Shown here: positions 19,846 through 28,967 of the stretch, in pieces
How positions within the stretch are numbered: the first letter of the stretch is position 1
Layout of the letters: every line of letters begins with the position of its first letter
Assembly: GCA_032128875.1 (NCBI GenBank)
Contig: JAVLKG010000004.1
Span: 96,001-160,000 of the forward strand
DNA: 64,000 nucleotides
Reading direction: 5' to 3'
Origin: Candidatus Melainabacteria bacterium 17Bon1m
Lineage (GTDB): Bacteria; Cyanobacteriota; Vampirovibrionia; Obscuribacterales; Obscuribacteraceae
The notes under the pieces: model-generated
What the model saw: the letters and a program-made list of their open reading frames with translations, nothing else
Database searches by the model: none
What the model was told of the DNA's origin: nothing
Program-made: the position numbers and the translations under genes

Positions 19846-20373
19846 ATGGCCACCAAGGCACGCAAGCAGGAAATCGTCGGAGAACTCAAAGAGTTCTTCA
19901 AAGACGGCAAAGTCGCGATTGTCACCGACTTGAGCGGTTTGACAGTTGCAGAAATCACCGCATTTCGCAGAAAGCTCGATTCGAGCAACGCCAAGTGCCG
20001 TATTGCTAAGAACACCCTCATTAAGATCGCAACCGATACTAGTGAGTTCGCAGCAATCGAGAAATTGGCAAAGGGTCCGTCCGCAATCATTATTGGTTAC
20101 GACGATCCGGCTGCACCTGCGAAAACAGTTGTCGACTATCTCAAAGCCCTCAAAAAGGGTGAGGTACGCGGCGGCGTGATTGAAGGCAATGCTCTTACTT
20201 CTGACGAAGTTAAGGGTCTCGCTGATTTGCCCAGCAAAGAACAATTGTTGTCATCGATTATGGGTGGACTCGATTCCGGCGCCAGAGGCATTGCCGGACT
20301 CCTCGAAGCCGTTATTCGCGACATCGCTGTTTTGGCTGAAGAAGTCGCTAAGAAGAATAACAACGCCGCATAG
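19846..20373 (+). CDS. rplJ: 50S ribosomal protein L10
   Basis: KQEIVGELKE, GLTVAEITAFRRKL, KNTLIKIA, LADLPSKEQL. SD AAGGAGG. Confidence 0.97.
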   Translation: MATKARKQEIVGELKEFFKDGKVAIVTDLSGLTVAEITAFRRKLDSSNAKCRIAKNTLIKIATDTSEFAAIEKLAKGPSAIIIGYDDPAAPAKTVVDYLKALKKGEVRGGVIEGNALTSDEVKGLADLPSKEQLLSSIMGGLDSGARGIAGLLEAVIRDIAVLAEEVAKKNNNAA

Positions 20374-20430
20374 GCATTGGGTTCTGAACTATTCACTGCT
20401 GAAGACATAAGTTAGAGGAGTAATTTAAAA

Positions 20431-20820
20431 ATGGCTACGAAACTTTCCGTAGACGATCTGTTGGAACAAATCGGATCGCTCACACTTTTGGAAGCTGCTG
20501 ATCTGAAGAAGAAAATGGAAGAGAAGTTCGGCGTAACTGCTGCTGCTCCCGTTGCTTTCGCTGCTGCCGGTCCGGCTGCTGGCGGTGGCGCTGCTGCTGC
20601 AGAAGAGAAGACCGAATTTGACGTTGTTCTTACTTCCGTCGGCGACAAGAAGATCGAAGTTCTCAAGCTCGTACGCGAACTCACCGGCCTCGGCTTGAAA
20701 GAAGCTAAGGACCTCGTTGATGCCGCTCCGAAGCCTTTGAAGGAAAAGGTCAAGAAGGAAGAAGCAGACCAGATGAAAGAAAAGCTGGAAGCTGCTGGCG
20801 CCAAGATAGAAATCAAGTAG
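20431..20820 (+). CDS. rplL: 50S ribosomal protein L7/L12
   Basis: [15 protein letters not shown], Ala hinge, [21 protein letters not shown]. Confidence 0.98.
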   Translation: MATKLSVDDLLEQIGSLTLLEAADLKKKMEEKFGVTAAAPVAFAAAGPAAGGGAAAAEEKTEFDVVLTSVGDKKIEVLKLVRELTGLGLKEAKDLVDAAPKPLKEKVKKEEADQMKEKLEAAGAKIEIK

Positions 20821-20974
20821 ACCTGACATGCGCTAATCTGGGAGTAGCATCTCCCTAACGAGGCATGCAAGTCATTTGCACCTATTCACTAGTTAAGACT
20901 GCGCGGATGCGTTTGATTGTGTACAGCGCAAGCTGACAATTGACCTCCGCGCAGTTTTTCTATGGAACCAAACT

Positions 20975-22609
20975 ATGAAGTGTCCCGGCTGCGGTCTTTA
21001 TCACCCAAATCAATATGAGCGTTGCGTCTCTTGTGGAGCGTCTTTCAAAGAAGGCGGCAACGATAACTTCGGCGACGATGCGGTTGCTGGTGCCGCCGTC
21101 AATACGATGGAACATCCACGTAATCGTGCTAATTCTGAACCGGATGAGCTGGCGTATGAAGAGGCTAAACACCCTCATCAAAGACGCTCGAAGAAGCTTG
21201 GAATCAGTATTCAAAGCCGCTTGCCTACGATGGTCGGTGCACTCACGGCAGTCACTGTTCTTCTCGTTTCTGCCGGCGCGACAATTTTCTTTTTGACAAA
21301 AACGCCCGATGACGAAAGGCTTTTCACTAAAGGCAAGAAGGAGCTTGCGAATGGGCAGTATGCTTTTGCAGTGAGCACTTTGGAGCAAGCTGCTGCGTTG
21401 CGCACTAAAGATCCGCGTGTTTTTCTTGCCCTTGCCCGCGCTTATGTTGGTGTCGATCAGGTCGACAAAGCGCACGATGCGATCAGTCAGGCTCAACAAT
21501 TAGGTTCGGGCGTTGTTGAAGAACCGCAGTTGGCCTCCGATCTCGCTAATTATTATCGTCAGCGCGGCAAGTACGAAAAGGCGCTGGATCTGCTTCGTCC
21601 GCTTGCGAAGAATAATATTCCAGGAAAGAAAGCTGAACTTGCTGATCTTGATGCGATGTATGGTGATGAGGCATTACGGACCGGCAAGTTGGATCTGGCA
21701 CTGCGTTGCTGGGAAGAAGTTCGCGACTTGCGTGAAGGTTCGCGCTTTAGCGAATCCGAAGCGCGTCTGGCAACCATTTATCAGAAGATGGCATCAAGTT
21801 TCGCTTCTAAAAATGACGATCAAAAAGCACTTAGCTATTTGAGCAAACTCAATGCAATCGCGCAGAACGCGAAGAATTACGAGATGGCATCGGACCTCTA
21901 TGAAAAGAACGAGAAACTTGATCTGGCAATTGATCAAATGCGATTGGCGATCAAATATTCGACGCACAATCCGGTTTATGAACGTAAGCTTGCCGCGCTT
22001 CTGACGCGCCGTGGCAAAGAATTGCTCGATGCCGGAGACACAGATGCTGGTTATGGATATTTGCAGCAAGCGAAGAACATGGACCCTTCCAATGCTCTTC
22101 CGTCAGTCACTTTGCGTGGAGTGAACGTCGGTTTGGAAGGCGGCTTGCCTAAAATCAGTGGTGAAATTTGGAATCCCGGAGACGAACCAATCAACTCGCT
22201 CAACGTTAAAGTTGAGCTTGTAGACACCGTTTCCAAACGCGTGCTCTGGACTCGCGATCAGAAAGTCGTCGACGAGTTTGTGCAGCCACTTCAGGGACGC
22301 GATTCGAAGAGCATCGACTTTGTTGCCGGAACATCAGTGAGGATGAACGGCACCAACGAGTTTAAGGTCTATCTCGACGGCAAACTCTACAAGTCGTATC
22401 GCCTCGGTGAGAAAACGAAATCTACGCCTGATTCTTCCGATGATAATGGCGCAAGCACCTTGAGCCGTGTACGTCCAAAACCAGAACCATCGCCTGCTCC
22501 GGCTCCCGCGCCTGCGACGTCTTTACCGCAGGTTTCTCCTGATCCCGTAGAACAACCTACGAGACCGAAAGAATCTGCCGAAGACAAAACGATGAAAGAC
22601 CTCGAATAA
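20975..22609 (+). CDS. Zinc-ribbon + TM + TPR protein with a C-terminal Ig-like domain
   Basis: CPGC..CVSC, a single TM helix, multiple TPRs, ISGEIWNPGD beta domain, Pro-rich tail. Confidence 0.8.
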   Translation: MKCPGCGLYHPNQYERCVSCGASFKEGGNDNFGDDAVAGAAVNTMEHPRNRANSEPDELAYEEAKHPHQRRSKKLGISIQSRLPTMVGALTAVTVLLVSAGATIFFLTKTPDDERLFTKGKKELANGQYAFAVSTLEQAAALRTKDPRVFLALARAYVGVDQVDKAHDAISQAQQLGSGVVEEPQLASDLANYYRQRGKYEKALDLLRPLAKNNIPGKKAELADLDAMYGDEALRTGKLDLALRCWEEVRDLREGSRFSESEARLATIYQKMASSFASKNDDQKALSYLSKLNAIAQNAKNYEMASDLYEKNEKLDLAIDQMRLAIKYSTHNPVYERKLAALLTRRGKELLDAGDTDAGYGYLQQAKNMDPSNALPSVTLRGVNVGLEGGLPKISGEIWNPGDEPINSLNVKVELVDTVSKRVLWTRDQKVVDEFVQPLQGRDSKSIDFVAGTSVRMNGTNEFKVYLDGKLYKSYRLGEKTKSTPDSSDDNGASTLSRVRPKPEPSPAPAPAPATSLPQVSPDPVEQPTRPKESAEDKTMKDLE

Positions 22610-22610
22610 G

Positions 22611-22702
22611 GTAGGGTCTACGCCATGCGTAGACCGCTTTATGGCGTGGGGCGCATTGCATGCGCCCAGTTCTTGTGTCGTGGGGGCGTGTTGCACACGC
22701 CC
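22611..22702 (+). repeat. Three tandem REPs in the same orientation
   Basis: GTAG-GGTCTACGCCATGCGTAGACC; GTGG-GGCGCATTGCATGCGCCC; GTGG-GGGCGTGTTGCACACGCCC, which is the exact reverse complement of 28931-28953. Confidence 0.88.
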
Positions 22703-22800
22703 TTTTAATTGCGTGGAGGCTTTTTGCACGCGTTCTCTTTGTGCTTTTCCTGCACTTCTGGGCATAACTAACCTAGAAGAAATAGTCAGAGGCGATCGCT

Positions 22801-24444
22801 ATGACCCTGCGCTTTTTAAAGACCCTTAAGAAGTCGTCGTTTGTTCTCGCAACATTTTTTGTGTGTGCTTCTGGTGATTTGGGTGCTGTAAACCAGACGC
22901 AGAGTTCATTGAGTTTGACTCAAAAACTTGAGGTCGGAGATTGGCGAGATGTTGATTTTGAATGTTATGAACGAATGCGAAAGCATACAACCGATGTCGA
23001 AGCAATTGTTGTTCAGGCGCGTTTGGAATCGTATAAAGGCAGAGTTGAAAACGCAATTACATTCTGCAACTGGGCCCTTTTGTTTCGTCCAAACTATGCT
23101 CTGGCTCTGTATTTAAGAGGCGTCCTTCTGAGCGACATTGGCAAGGTCGAATCTGGAAAAATGGACCTCAAACTCTTCTTAAGGCTGACGGAATTCGCAA
23201 AAACTCCATATGTTCTATACCTTAGAGCACGTGCTTTTTCATATCTGGATGATTACACTGGCGCCAAACGACAGGAAGACTTGGTTCTGAAAACCACTGA
23301 ATTGGAAACAGCTGAGATTGATTTGCTAAGTCGAGCATATGTTCTTTTAAATCGTGAAAATTGGAAAGACGCTGAAGCCATACTTACAAAACTAAGTAAA
23401 AACAATCAACACTCCCCTTTAATCCTTGGGCATCTCGCCTACTGTCACAGTCGGACAGGCAAAGTGGAGCTTGCACTTAAAGAGTTTGAATCGGTCGCAA
23501 CGATTGCACCAAGTTTCACTGCAAATTTTGCGGCTTGGGGAACAGCGTTTGAACTACAACAAAAATATGGGGAAGCAATTTCAAAGTACAGCACTGCGCT
23601 GGAGTTCGATGAATCAAATGTTTATGCGCTTCGGCGACGTGGAGTATGCTATTCAGAGATAGAAGAGTACTCGGCAGGCATTCGTGATCTAAACAAGGCA
23701 GTAAAACTTGCTCCGAACTCAAATATTGTGCTTTTGGATCGAGCATTCGTTTATAAACAAAATGGTTTTTTCAAAGAAGCAATAGCAGACTGCAATCAAG
23801 TGCTCACGAAAAATCCAAAAAATGCCACGGCTTGGTATCAGCTTGCGTGCGCTAAGGCAAGCATGAAAGATTTGAATGGAGCCAAATTAGCAAGTGAGAA
23901 GGCTTTGAAACTGTCACCTAAGTATTTAGCTGCTTTGTGCAAACATGCGTCGATTGTCAGCGAAATGGGTGACCACAAGGCTGCGCTTGCTGAGTATGAC
24001 ATGGCCGTTAAAATTAATCCGAAGTGTCCAGATGTATATTTTTCGCGCGGGCTATTGTTCCGAGATGAGAAACAGTATGCGAAGTCCATCATCGACCTGT
24101 CTAAGGCCGTTGAGCTAGAACCGAAAGATGCGCTCAATTTCTGTGCTCTTGGATGTGCAGAAGTGCGCAACCAAGATTACAAGAAAGCGATAGCCGACTG
24201 TACCAAATCAATCCAGCTAAACTCGAAAAGAGGACATCCCTATTTTTCTCGAGGTGAGGCATACTTGGCGCTCGGAAAATACGAACTGGCTTTAACTGAC
24301 TTCACCTCAGCAATTGGTACATATGCGAGTTACACAGAGGCTTTTGAGAAGCGCGCAGAAACATATAACAAGCTGAAGAAGCCCGACTTAGCTAAGCGTG
24401 ATCTTGAAAAAGCGAAACAGCTAAGACTCGCTGAAAAAGATTGA
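22801..24444 (+). CDS. TPR-repeat protein, probably exported, lower GC
   Basis: Many canonical TPRs, e.g. ALRRRGVCYSEIEEYSAGIRDLNKAVKLAP and YFSRGEAYLALGKYELALTDFTSAI. Confidence 0.88.
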   Translation: MTLRFLKTLKKSSFVLATFFVCASGDLGAVNQTQSSLSLTQKLEVGDWRDVDFECYERMRKHTTDVEAIVVQARLESYKGRVENAITFCNWALLFRPNYALALYLRGVLLSDIGKVESGKMDLKLFLRLTEFAKTPYVLYLRARAFSYLDDYTGAKRQEDLVLKTTELETAEIDLLSRAYVLLNRENWKDAEAILTKLSKNNQHSPLILGHLAYCHSRTGKVELALKEFESVATIAPSFTANFAAWGTAFELQQKYGEAISKYSTALEFDESNVYALRRRGVCYSEIEEYSAGIRDLNKAVKLAPNSNIVLLDRAFVYKQNGFFKEAIADCNQVLTKNPKNATAWYQLACAKASMKDLNGAKLASEKALKLSPKYLAALCKHASIVSEMGDHKAALAEYDMAVKINPKCPDVYFSRGLLFRDEKQYAKSIIDLSKAVELEPKDALNFCALGCAEVRNQDYKKAIADCTKSIQLNSKRGHPYFSRGEAYLALGKYELALTDFTSAIGTYASYTEAFEKRAETYNKLKKPDLAKRDLEKAKQLRLAEKD

Positions 24445-24449
24445 GGACC

Positions 24450-24474
24450 GGGCGACGCCATGCGTCGTCCCTAC
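24450..24474 (-). repeat. REP
   Basis: Minus strand GTAG-GGACGACGCATGGCGTCGCCC. The TAG of its foot is the stop codon of 24471-25739. Confidence 0.85.
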
Positions 24475-25739
24475 AGAGACAAGGTTTTCGCTGACGAAAC
24501 CATAAGGTCTTGGACCTTCTTGCCGCCTTGCGCGTTGACGTGTGCGGAGTCGTAGAAGTCGCTAAGTTGAAATGCACCACTGCCATCGAGATCTAGCATC
24601 TCGTCGCCGTATTGCGCAGGCATAGTGCATACTTCGTTCTGATAACGTTCGAAAAGTTTTCTCGGAATGATCTCTTTGTTTTCGTTTGTGATCGGCATGT
24701 TCACTACGATCATGCGAATGCCTTTCTTCTTGCAAGTATCTAGCATCTTTTGAAAACTTGCTTTTTCTTTTTCAAATCGATCAACATTCGCCGGTAAATA
24801 TCGCTCTCTCCATTCCGGAAGATCGGCAAATTGAGCGCGTTTCTGTTCTGTAGAACTTTGATCGTTTTCTTGATCAATCTTGCACACTTCTCTGGTTTTA
24901 ATTTCAGATGCCGCTGTTTGATCCTGTGCTGGGCTCGCAGCAACAGCAATTCCTTTTTCTTCAGCAGCCTTTTTACTCAGTTTTGCAAGCTGATTTGATT
25001 CGTATAAATCTGCAGGATGCGCCAACAAATCACATGCCCAGCCGGTTAGCATGGTTTTGTAATCGGTGCGAACTTTGTACAAATAAACTAGTTGTCCCAG
25101 CAAGAGATCGCGGGTTTCATCCAGAGTGCGCACCTCCGAAAAGATCTCCGGCAATGTGGTGCGATTGCTGAGAAGCTGGCAAACAGGGCTCTTACCTGTC
25201 GGTGGTGCTACGTTGTCGATGAAGTCTCTAGGACCCATTCCGAAGATAACGATCTTAGGTGAGCGCCCTGCATCGATGGCGCGGCGCAAAATCAATTCAG
25301 CATCTGACGCCATGCACGCGACGCAAGTCAAATTGAAAGCAGAGAGTTTTGTACCGTTTTTTTGCTCAATCAAATGCTCGAGATACTTTGCGCCAGTGTA
25401 TTGGCGGACTTCGTTGAGGCTTTTCTCGTTGAAGCTACCGGTGTATTCCGCGTCATAGCGTGCAATCGCTTCCATCGGAAGGGATGAGCCCAGGACGAGC
25501 AATTCCGGGCGCTCTTTTGCATCGAAAAATGCCGGAAGCTTGCTCACCAAAGGGTTTTGCTCCAGCGGAACATAGCGCGTGGTCTTTATATATTGAAGCG
25601 GCTTGACGGATTGTATGACCCAGTTAAGACCGACAATGCTTACCACCAGCCAGCACGTGAAGCTGGAAAGCACTAGAAGAAAGATGCCTTTCTTTTGCTT
25701 ATCGGAAGTATTCGCGTCTGTAGACGCGGAGTCCTGCAT
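24471..25739 (-). CDS. SGNH-like / DUF1574-type membrane-anchored protein
   Basis: N-terminal TM helix, LLVLGSS, AFNL, IVVNMP, DFYDSAHVNAQGG (DxxH). Confidence 0.8.
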   Translation of the reverse strand: MQDSASTDANTSDKQKKGIFLLVLSSFTCWLVVSIVGLNWVIQSVKPLQYIKTTRYVPLEQNPLVSKLPAFFDAKERPELLVLGSSLPMEAIARYDAEYTGSFNEKSLNEVRQYTGAKYLEHLIEQKNGTKLSAFNLTCVACMASDAELILRRAIDAGRSPKIVIFGMGPRDFIDNVAPPTGKSPVCQLLSNRTTLPEIFSEVRTLDETRDLLLGQLVYLYKVRTDYKTMLTGWACDLLAHPADLYESNQLAKLSKKAAEEKGIAVAASPAQDQTAASEIKTREVCKIDQENDQSSTEQKRAQFADLPEWRERYLPANVDRFEKEKASFQKMLDTCKKKGIRMIVVNMPITNENKEIIPRKLFERYQNEVCTMPAQYGDEMLDLDGSGAFQLSDFYDSAHVNAQGGKKVQDLMVSSAKTLSL

Positions 25740-25951
25740 TTACGTGTCCCTAACCAACTTTGTGAAGCCATTACAATAGCCAGTCAAGAGTTTAGTGGAT
25801 AGCCCGATATTTCGAATTAAGTACTCGTAGTTTTCCCAGTGAAGGCGGGAAATGGGAGAAAAACCAGATTGTGTTTTTCTCAGAAAGCCTGTACTACTAG
25901 CTAATTAGATCTGCTTGGCAACCCTGCTGGACTACCAAGAGAGGAAAGTTA

Positions 25952-27451
25952 GTGACCTCAACGATTTCGAAAAGCCCCCGTACCCACAAATCCGGTACGG
26001 AGAGGACGAAACTGGCGGCATCTCCAAAAACTCAAGCCAAGCCTTTAGACCCACACGACGAACACGAGCATCCTTTTTCTGCGATTCCGCAGAGCGAAAG
26101 GCGTGGACCAGTAACGATGGGTTTGCTGTGGATCACTATGGTCACAGCGTTTCCGGCTGTGCTGGTTGGATTTGAATGGTGCAAACAAGGATTCACCTTT
26201 ACACAGGTCCTTCTGTGCACTGTGCTGAGTTGCGCAATTCTGATGGCGTATGCGATTCCTGCGAGCCAGTTGGGCGCCGTTAGTGGACTGAGCTACGCCG
26301 CATTGAGCCGCAGCATATTCGGGCGGTGGGGTTCCAAAATTGTGGCGTTCAACCTGGTTGCGATTTTCGTTGCCTGGTACGGATTGGCAGCGCTCTTTCT
26401 AGCGGATGGGCTCGAGGGTCTCTTCCATTGGAAGGCCCCGTTGATGGTTTTGTCAGTCGCGTTCGCCTTTCTCATGGCGGCGAACAACTTCTTTGGCTTC
26501 AAAGGTGTAGCTAACTTTGCGCGATTCTTTGCAGCACCAGTGCTCATTCTTTGGGTCACCTACACGTGTATCAAAACCGTGCCGGCTTGCCCGCCAAGCC
26601 TTTTCGCGGATGTGACGCACAAGTCTTTTGCTTGTGCGCTGACAACGATTTCCACATTCATCATCGGCTTTGCAGTATGGGGCAACGAAGCAGACTATTG
26701 GAGGTTTAGCAAACCAAAGGTAAGAAACTGCGCGATACCATTTGTAGTGGCTCTGGGCATTGGTCAAGTTATTTTTCCATGCACAGGCTTCATCCTCGCG
26801 AAGCTCACTGGCATCTCGGATTATGGCGCAGCGACAAGCTATATGAATGATTATTCGTTCGGCGGCTTGGCAATTCTTGGAGCTATCGTAATCGGAGCGT
26901 CCTACTTTGCCGCCAATGATTCAAACTTGTTTGGCTCGGTAAGTGCTTGTGAGAATCTAAAGCGCTGGAATCACAAAGGTTGGGTTGCTGTGCTCGCCAC
27001 GCTCGGCGCTGCAATGGCTGCCTGGCTGTCAATTTCCGGCGCTGCGAAATCGCTAGAATCCATTGCTTCCCTTAACTGCGTCATCGTTCCAACTCCCACC
27101 TTGGTCGTTTTGGCGGAATGGTTTTTGATGCGTAGAGTGTTTTCGAGAGATCCTGATTGCTTTGGCCGTGTGCCCGAATTGGACGAGCTGCCAAAATTCA
27201 AATGGGCTGCGACGATTGCGATGTTCTGTGGCATTACGGTTGGCGTGATGACGTCAGGCGCGATTCCTGGCACAGAGTCATTGCACGTAGGAATTTGCGC
27301 GTTACAGGCATGGGCGACAGCCTTCTTTGTCTATATTCCGCTGCGAATTATCGAATACAGGCGTGAGTCCATTTCTCGCTCCGTAGCTCTGGAAGCGCTG
27401 ATTGCAATTCCATGCACTGTTGAGCCTACTGAGATCACGTTGAAGCGCTAG
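25952..27451 (+). CDS. Purine-cytosine permease (NCS1/CodB-like)
   Basis: IPQSERR, LSRSIFGRWGS, ADYWRF, about 12 TM helices. Confidence 0.87.
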   Translation: MTSTISKSPRTHKSGTERTKLAASPKTQAKPLDPHDEHEHPFSAIPQSERRGPVTMGLLWITMVTAFPAVLVGFEWCKQGFTFTQVLLCTVLSCAILMAYAIPASQLGAVSGLSYAALSRSIFGRWGSKIVAFNLVAIFVAWYGLAALFLADGLEGLFHWKAPLMVLSVAFAFLMAANNFFGFKGVANFARFFAAPVLILWVTYTCIKTVPACPPSLFADVTHKSFACALTTISTFIIGFAVWGNEADYWRFSKPKVRNCAIPFVVALGIGQVIFPCTGFILAKLTGISDYGAATSYMNDYSFGGLAILGAIVIGASYFAANDSNLFGSVSACENLKRWNHKGWVAVLATLGAAMAAWLSISGAAKSLESIASLNCVIVPTPTLVVLAEWFLMRRVFSRDPDCFGRVPELDELPKFKWAATIAMFCGITVGVMTSGAIPGTESLHVGICALQAWATAFFVYIPLRIIEYRRESISRSVALEALIAIPCTVEPTEITLKR

Positions 27452-27483
27452 GAGAAAGATCCGCCCTCTGATATCCTAAGCAC

Positions 27484-28164
27484 ATGGCGAGAATACTTCT
27501 GGTTGAAGACGATAAGGATCAAGCGACCACAATTGAAGAGTGGTTGTCGTCCGAACATCACAACATCGTCGTATCCCACGATGGCGAAGAAGGACAATAT
27601 CGCGTTGAAAACGACGCGTTCGATGTCATCATTCTCGACTGGGATTTGCCGAAAGTTTCTGGCATTGAAATTCTCAAGCGATATCGCATGAAGAAAGGCT
27701 CCACGCCTATTATCATGCTGACAGGTCGAGGCACGATTAGCGAGCGCGAGAGCGGTCTTGATGGTGGTGCGGATGATTACCTGACAAAACCTTTTAGCTT
27801 GCGCGAATTGTCCGCTCGCATTCGCGCAGTAATGCGCCGACCGGGTGAAGTGAAGTCTAATGTTTTGACTGTTGGAAAGCTCGTGCTCGATCCTGTGAAG
27901 TATAGAGTGACGAAAAACGGCGAGGAAGTGCAGCTTTTGCCGCGAGACTTTGCACTGCTCGAATTTTTTATGCGAAATGTTGATGTTGTTTTTAGTACCG
28001 ATGCGCTGTTGCAGCGCGTGTGGGAAGACGATACTGACGCCACTTCAGACGCGTTAAGGACAGCTATAAAACGGTTGCGCAAGCGTTTGGATGATGGCGA
28101 TGATGAGTCCAAATCTGTGATTGAAAACATCCCGCGCGTCGGCTATCGCATGCGCGAAGAATGA
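27484..28164 (+). CDS. OmpR/PhoB-family response regulator
   Basis: ILLVEDD, ILDWDLP, GADDYLTKPF, winged helix with IKRLRKRL and RVGY. Confidence 0.94.
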   Translation: MARILLVEDDKDQATTIEEWLSSEHHNIVVSHDGEEGQYRVENDAFDVIILDWDLPKVSGIEILKRYRMKKGSTPIIMLTGRGTISERESGLDGGADDYLTKPFSLRELSARIRAVMRRPGEVKSNVLTVGKLVLDPVKYRVTKNGEEVQLLPRDFALLEFFMRNVDVVFSTDALLQRVWEDDTDATSDALRTAIKRLRKRLDDGDDESKSVIENIPRVGYRMREE

Positions 28165-28166
28165 TC

Positions 28167-28189
28167 GTGGGGGCGCGTTGCACGCGCCC
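28167..28189 (+). repeat. REP, left flank of RAYT
   Basis: GTGG-GGGCGCGTTGCACGCGCCC followed by a T-run. Confidence 0.88.
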
Positions 28190-28313
28190 TTTTTTGTTTT
28201 TGAGTTTAGTTTCCGTTGTATTTTCTGAGGACCTTGACTTGAAGTTTTGATTGAACTTTTTTGCCCTTAGATCCGTATCTAGAAATGTAGGTCGGCTTTT
28301 GAGGCAATGAACA

Positions 28314-28865
28314 ATGACAAGACGTCCGCCAAGATTGGTTGGTTTTGACTATGCGAGCCCTGGTGCTTACTTTATAACCATATGCACTGAAGAAAGGTCT
28401 TGTTTCTTCAGTTCGCTCAATGCGTATCAGATTGAGAAAAATGAAATTGGAGAAGCTGTGTCGGAATGCTGGTTAGCGATTCCGCAGTTTTATAGCTTTG
28501 TTGTTTTAGACGTCTGGGTGCTTATGCCTAATCACCTACATGGAATCCTTTGGATAACCGAAGGCAACAACAGCAAAAAGTCGCTCGGGCAGATTGTTGG
28601 TTCTTTTAAGGCTCGGTCTGCATCTCAAATATCAAAAAGAGGCTTGACGGATCGTAAGATTTGGCAGTCCGATTTTTATGAACACATAATCCGGAGCGAG
28701 GTGGAATTGTTTCGCATTCGTGAGTACATTGCGAACAACCCCGAGAATTGGGTCATTGATCATAACAATCCAAATTACAAAGGGGGCTACGTTCCGCCGT
28801 TTGATAAATATGAGAACGTGCAGCCAAGTACTTGGCTTAAGCCAATGCCATATCCAAAACCGTAG
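28314..28865 (+). mobile_element. REP-associated tyrosine transposase (RAYT/TnpA-REP, HUH Y1 family)
   Basis: RLVGFDY..PGAYFITICT, VLMPNHLHGIL (HUH), IVGSFK, IWQSDFYEHIIR, IREYIANNP (catalytic Tyr). Flanked by inverted REPs. Confidence 0.9.
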
Positions 28866-28901
28866 CCAAAACAGTAGCTAAAACCGTAGCCAAACCCGTA
28901 G
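28854..28901 (+). repeat. 12-bp tandem repeat, 4 copies, each ending in GTAG
   Basis: CCAAAACCGTAG CCAAAACAGTAG CTAAAACCGTAG CCAAACCCGTAG. Confidence 0.9.
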
Positions 28902-28930
28902 TGTTCTAACTAATTGTTCTGAAAAAAATT

Positions 28931-28953
28931 GGGCGTGTGCAACACGCCCCCAC
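28931..28953 (-). repeat. REP, right flank of RAYT
   Basis: Minus strand GTGG-GGGCGTGTTGCACACGCCC. Differs from the left REP by compensatory stem changes. Confidence 0.9.
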
Positions 28954-28967
28954 GAAAATGCAAATAA

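Noticed and set aside
22611-22702. CRISPR array
   Set aside because: The units are non-identical palindromes with about 10-12 nt gaps and no cas genes nearby. They match the REP family.
28314-28865. IS200/IS605 element with TnpB
   Set aside because: No tnpB, and the motifs and inverted REP flanks fit RAYT better.
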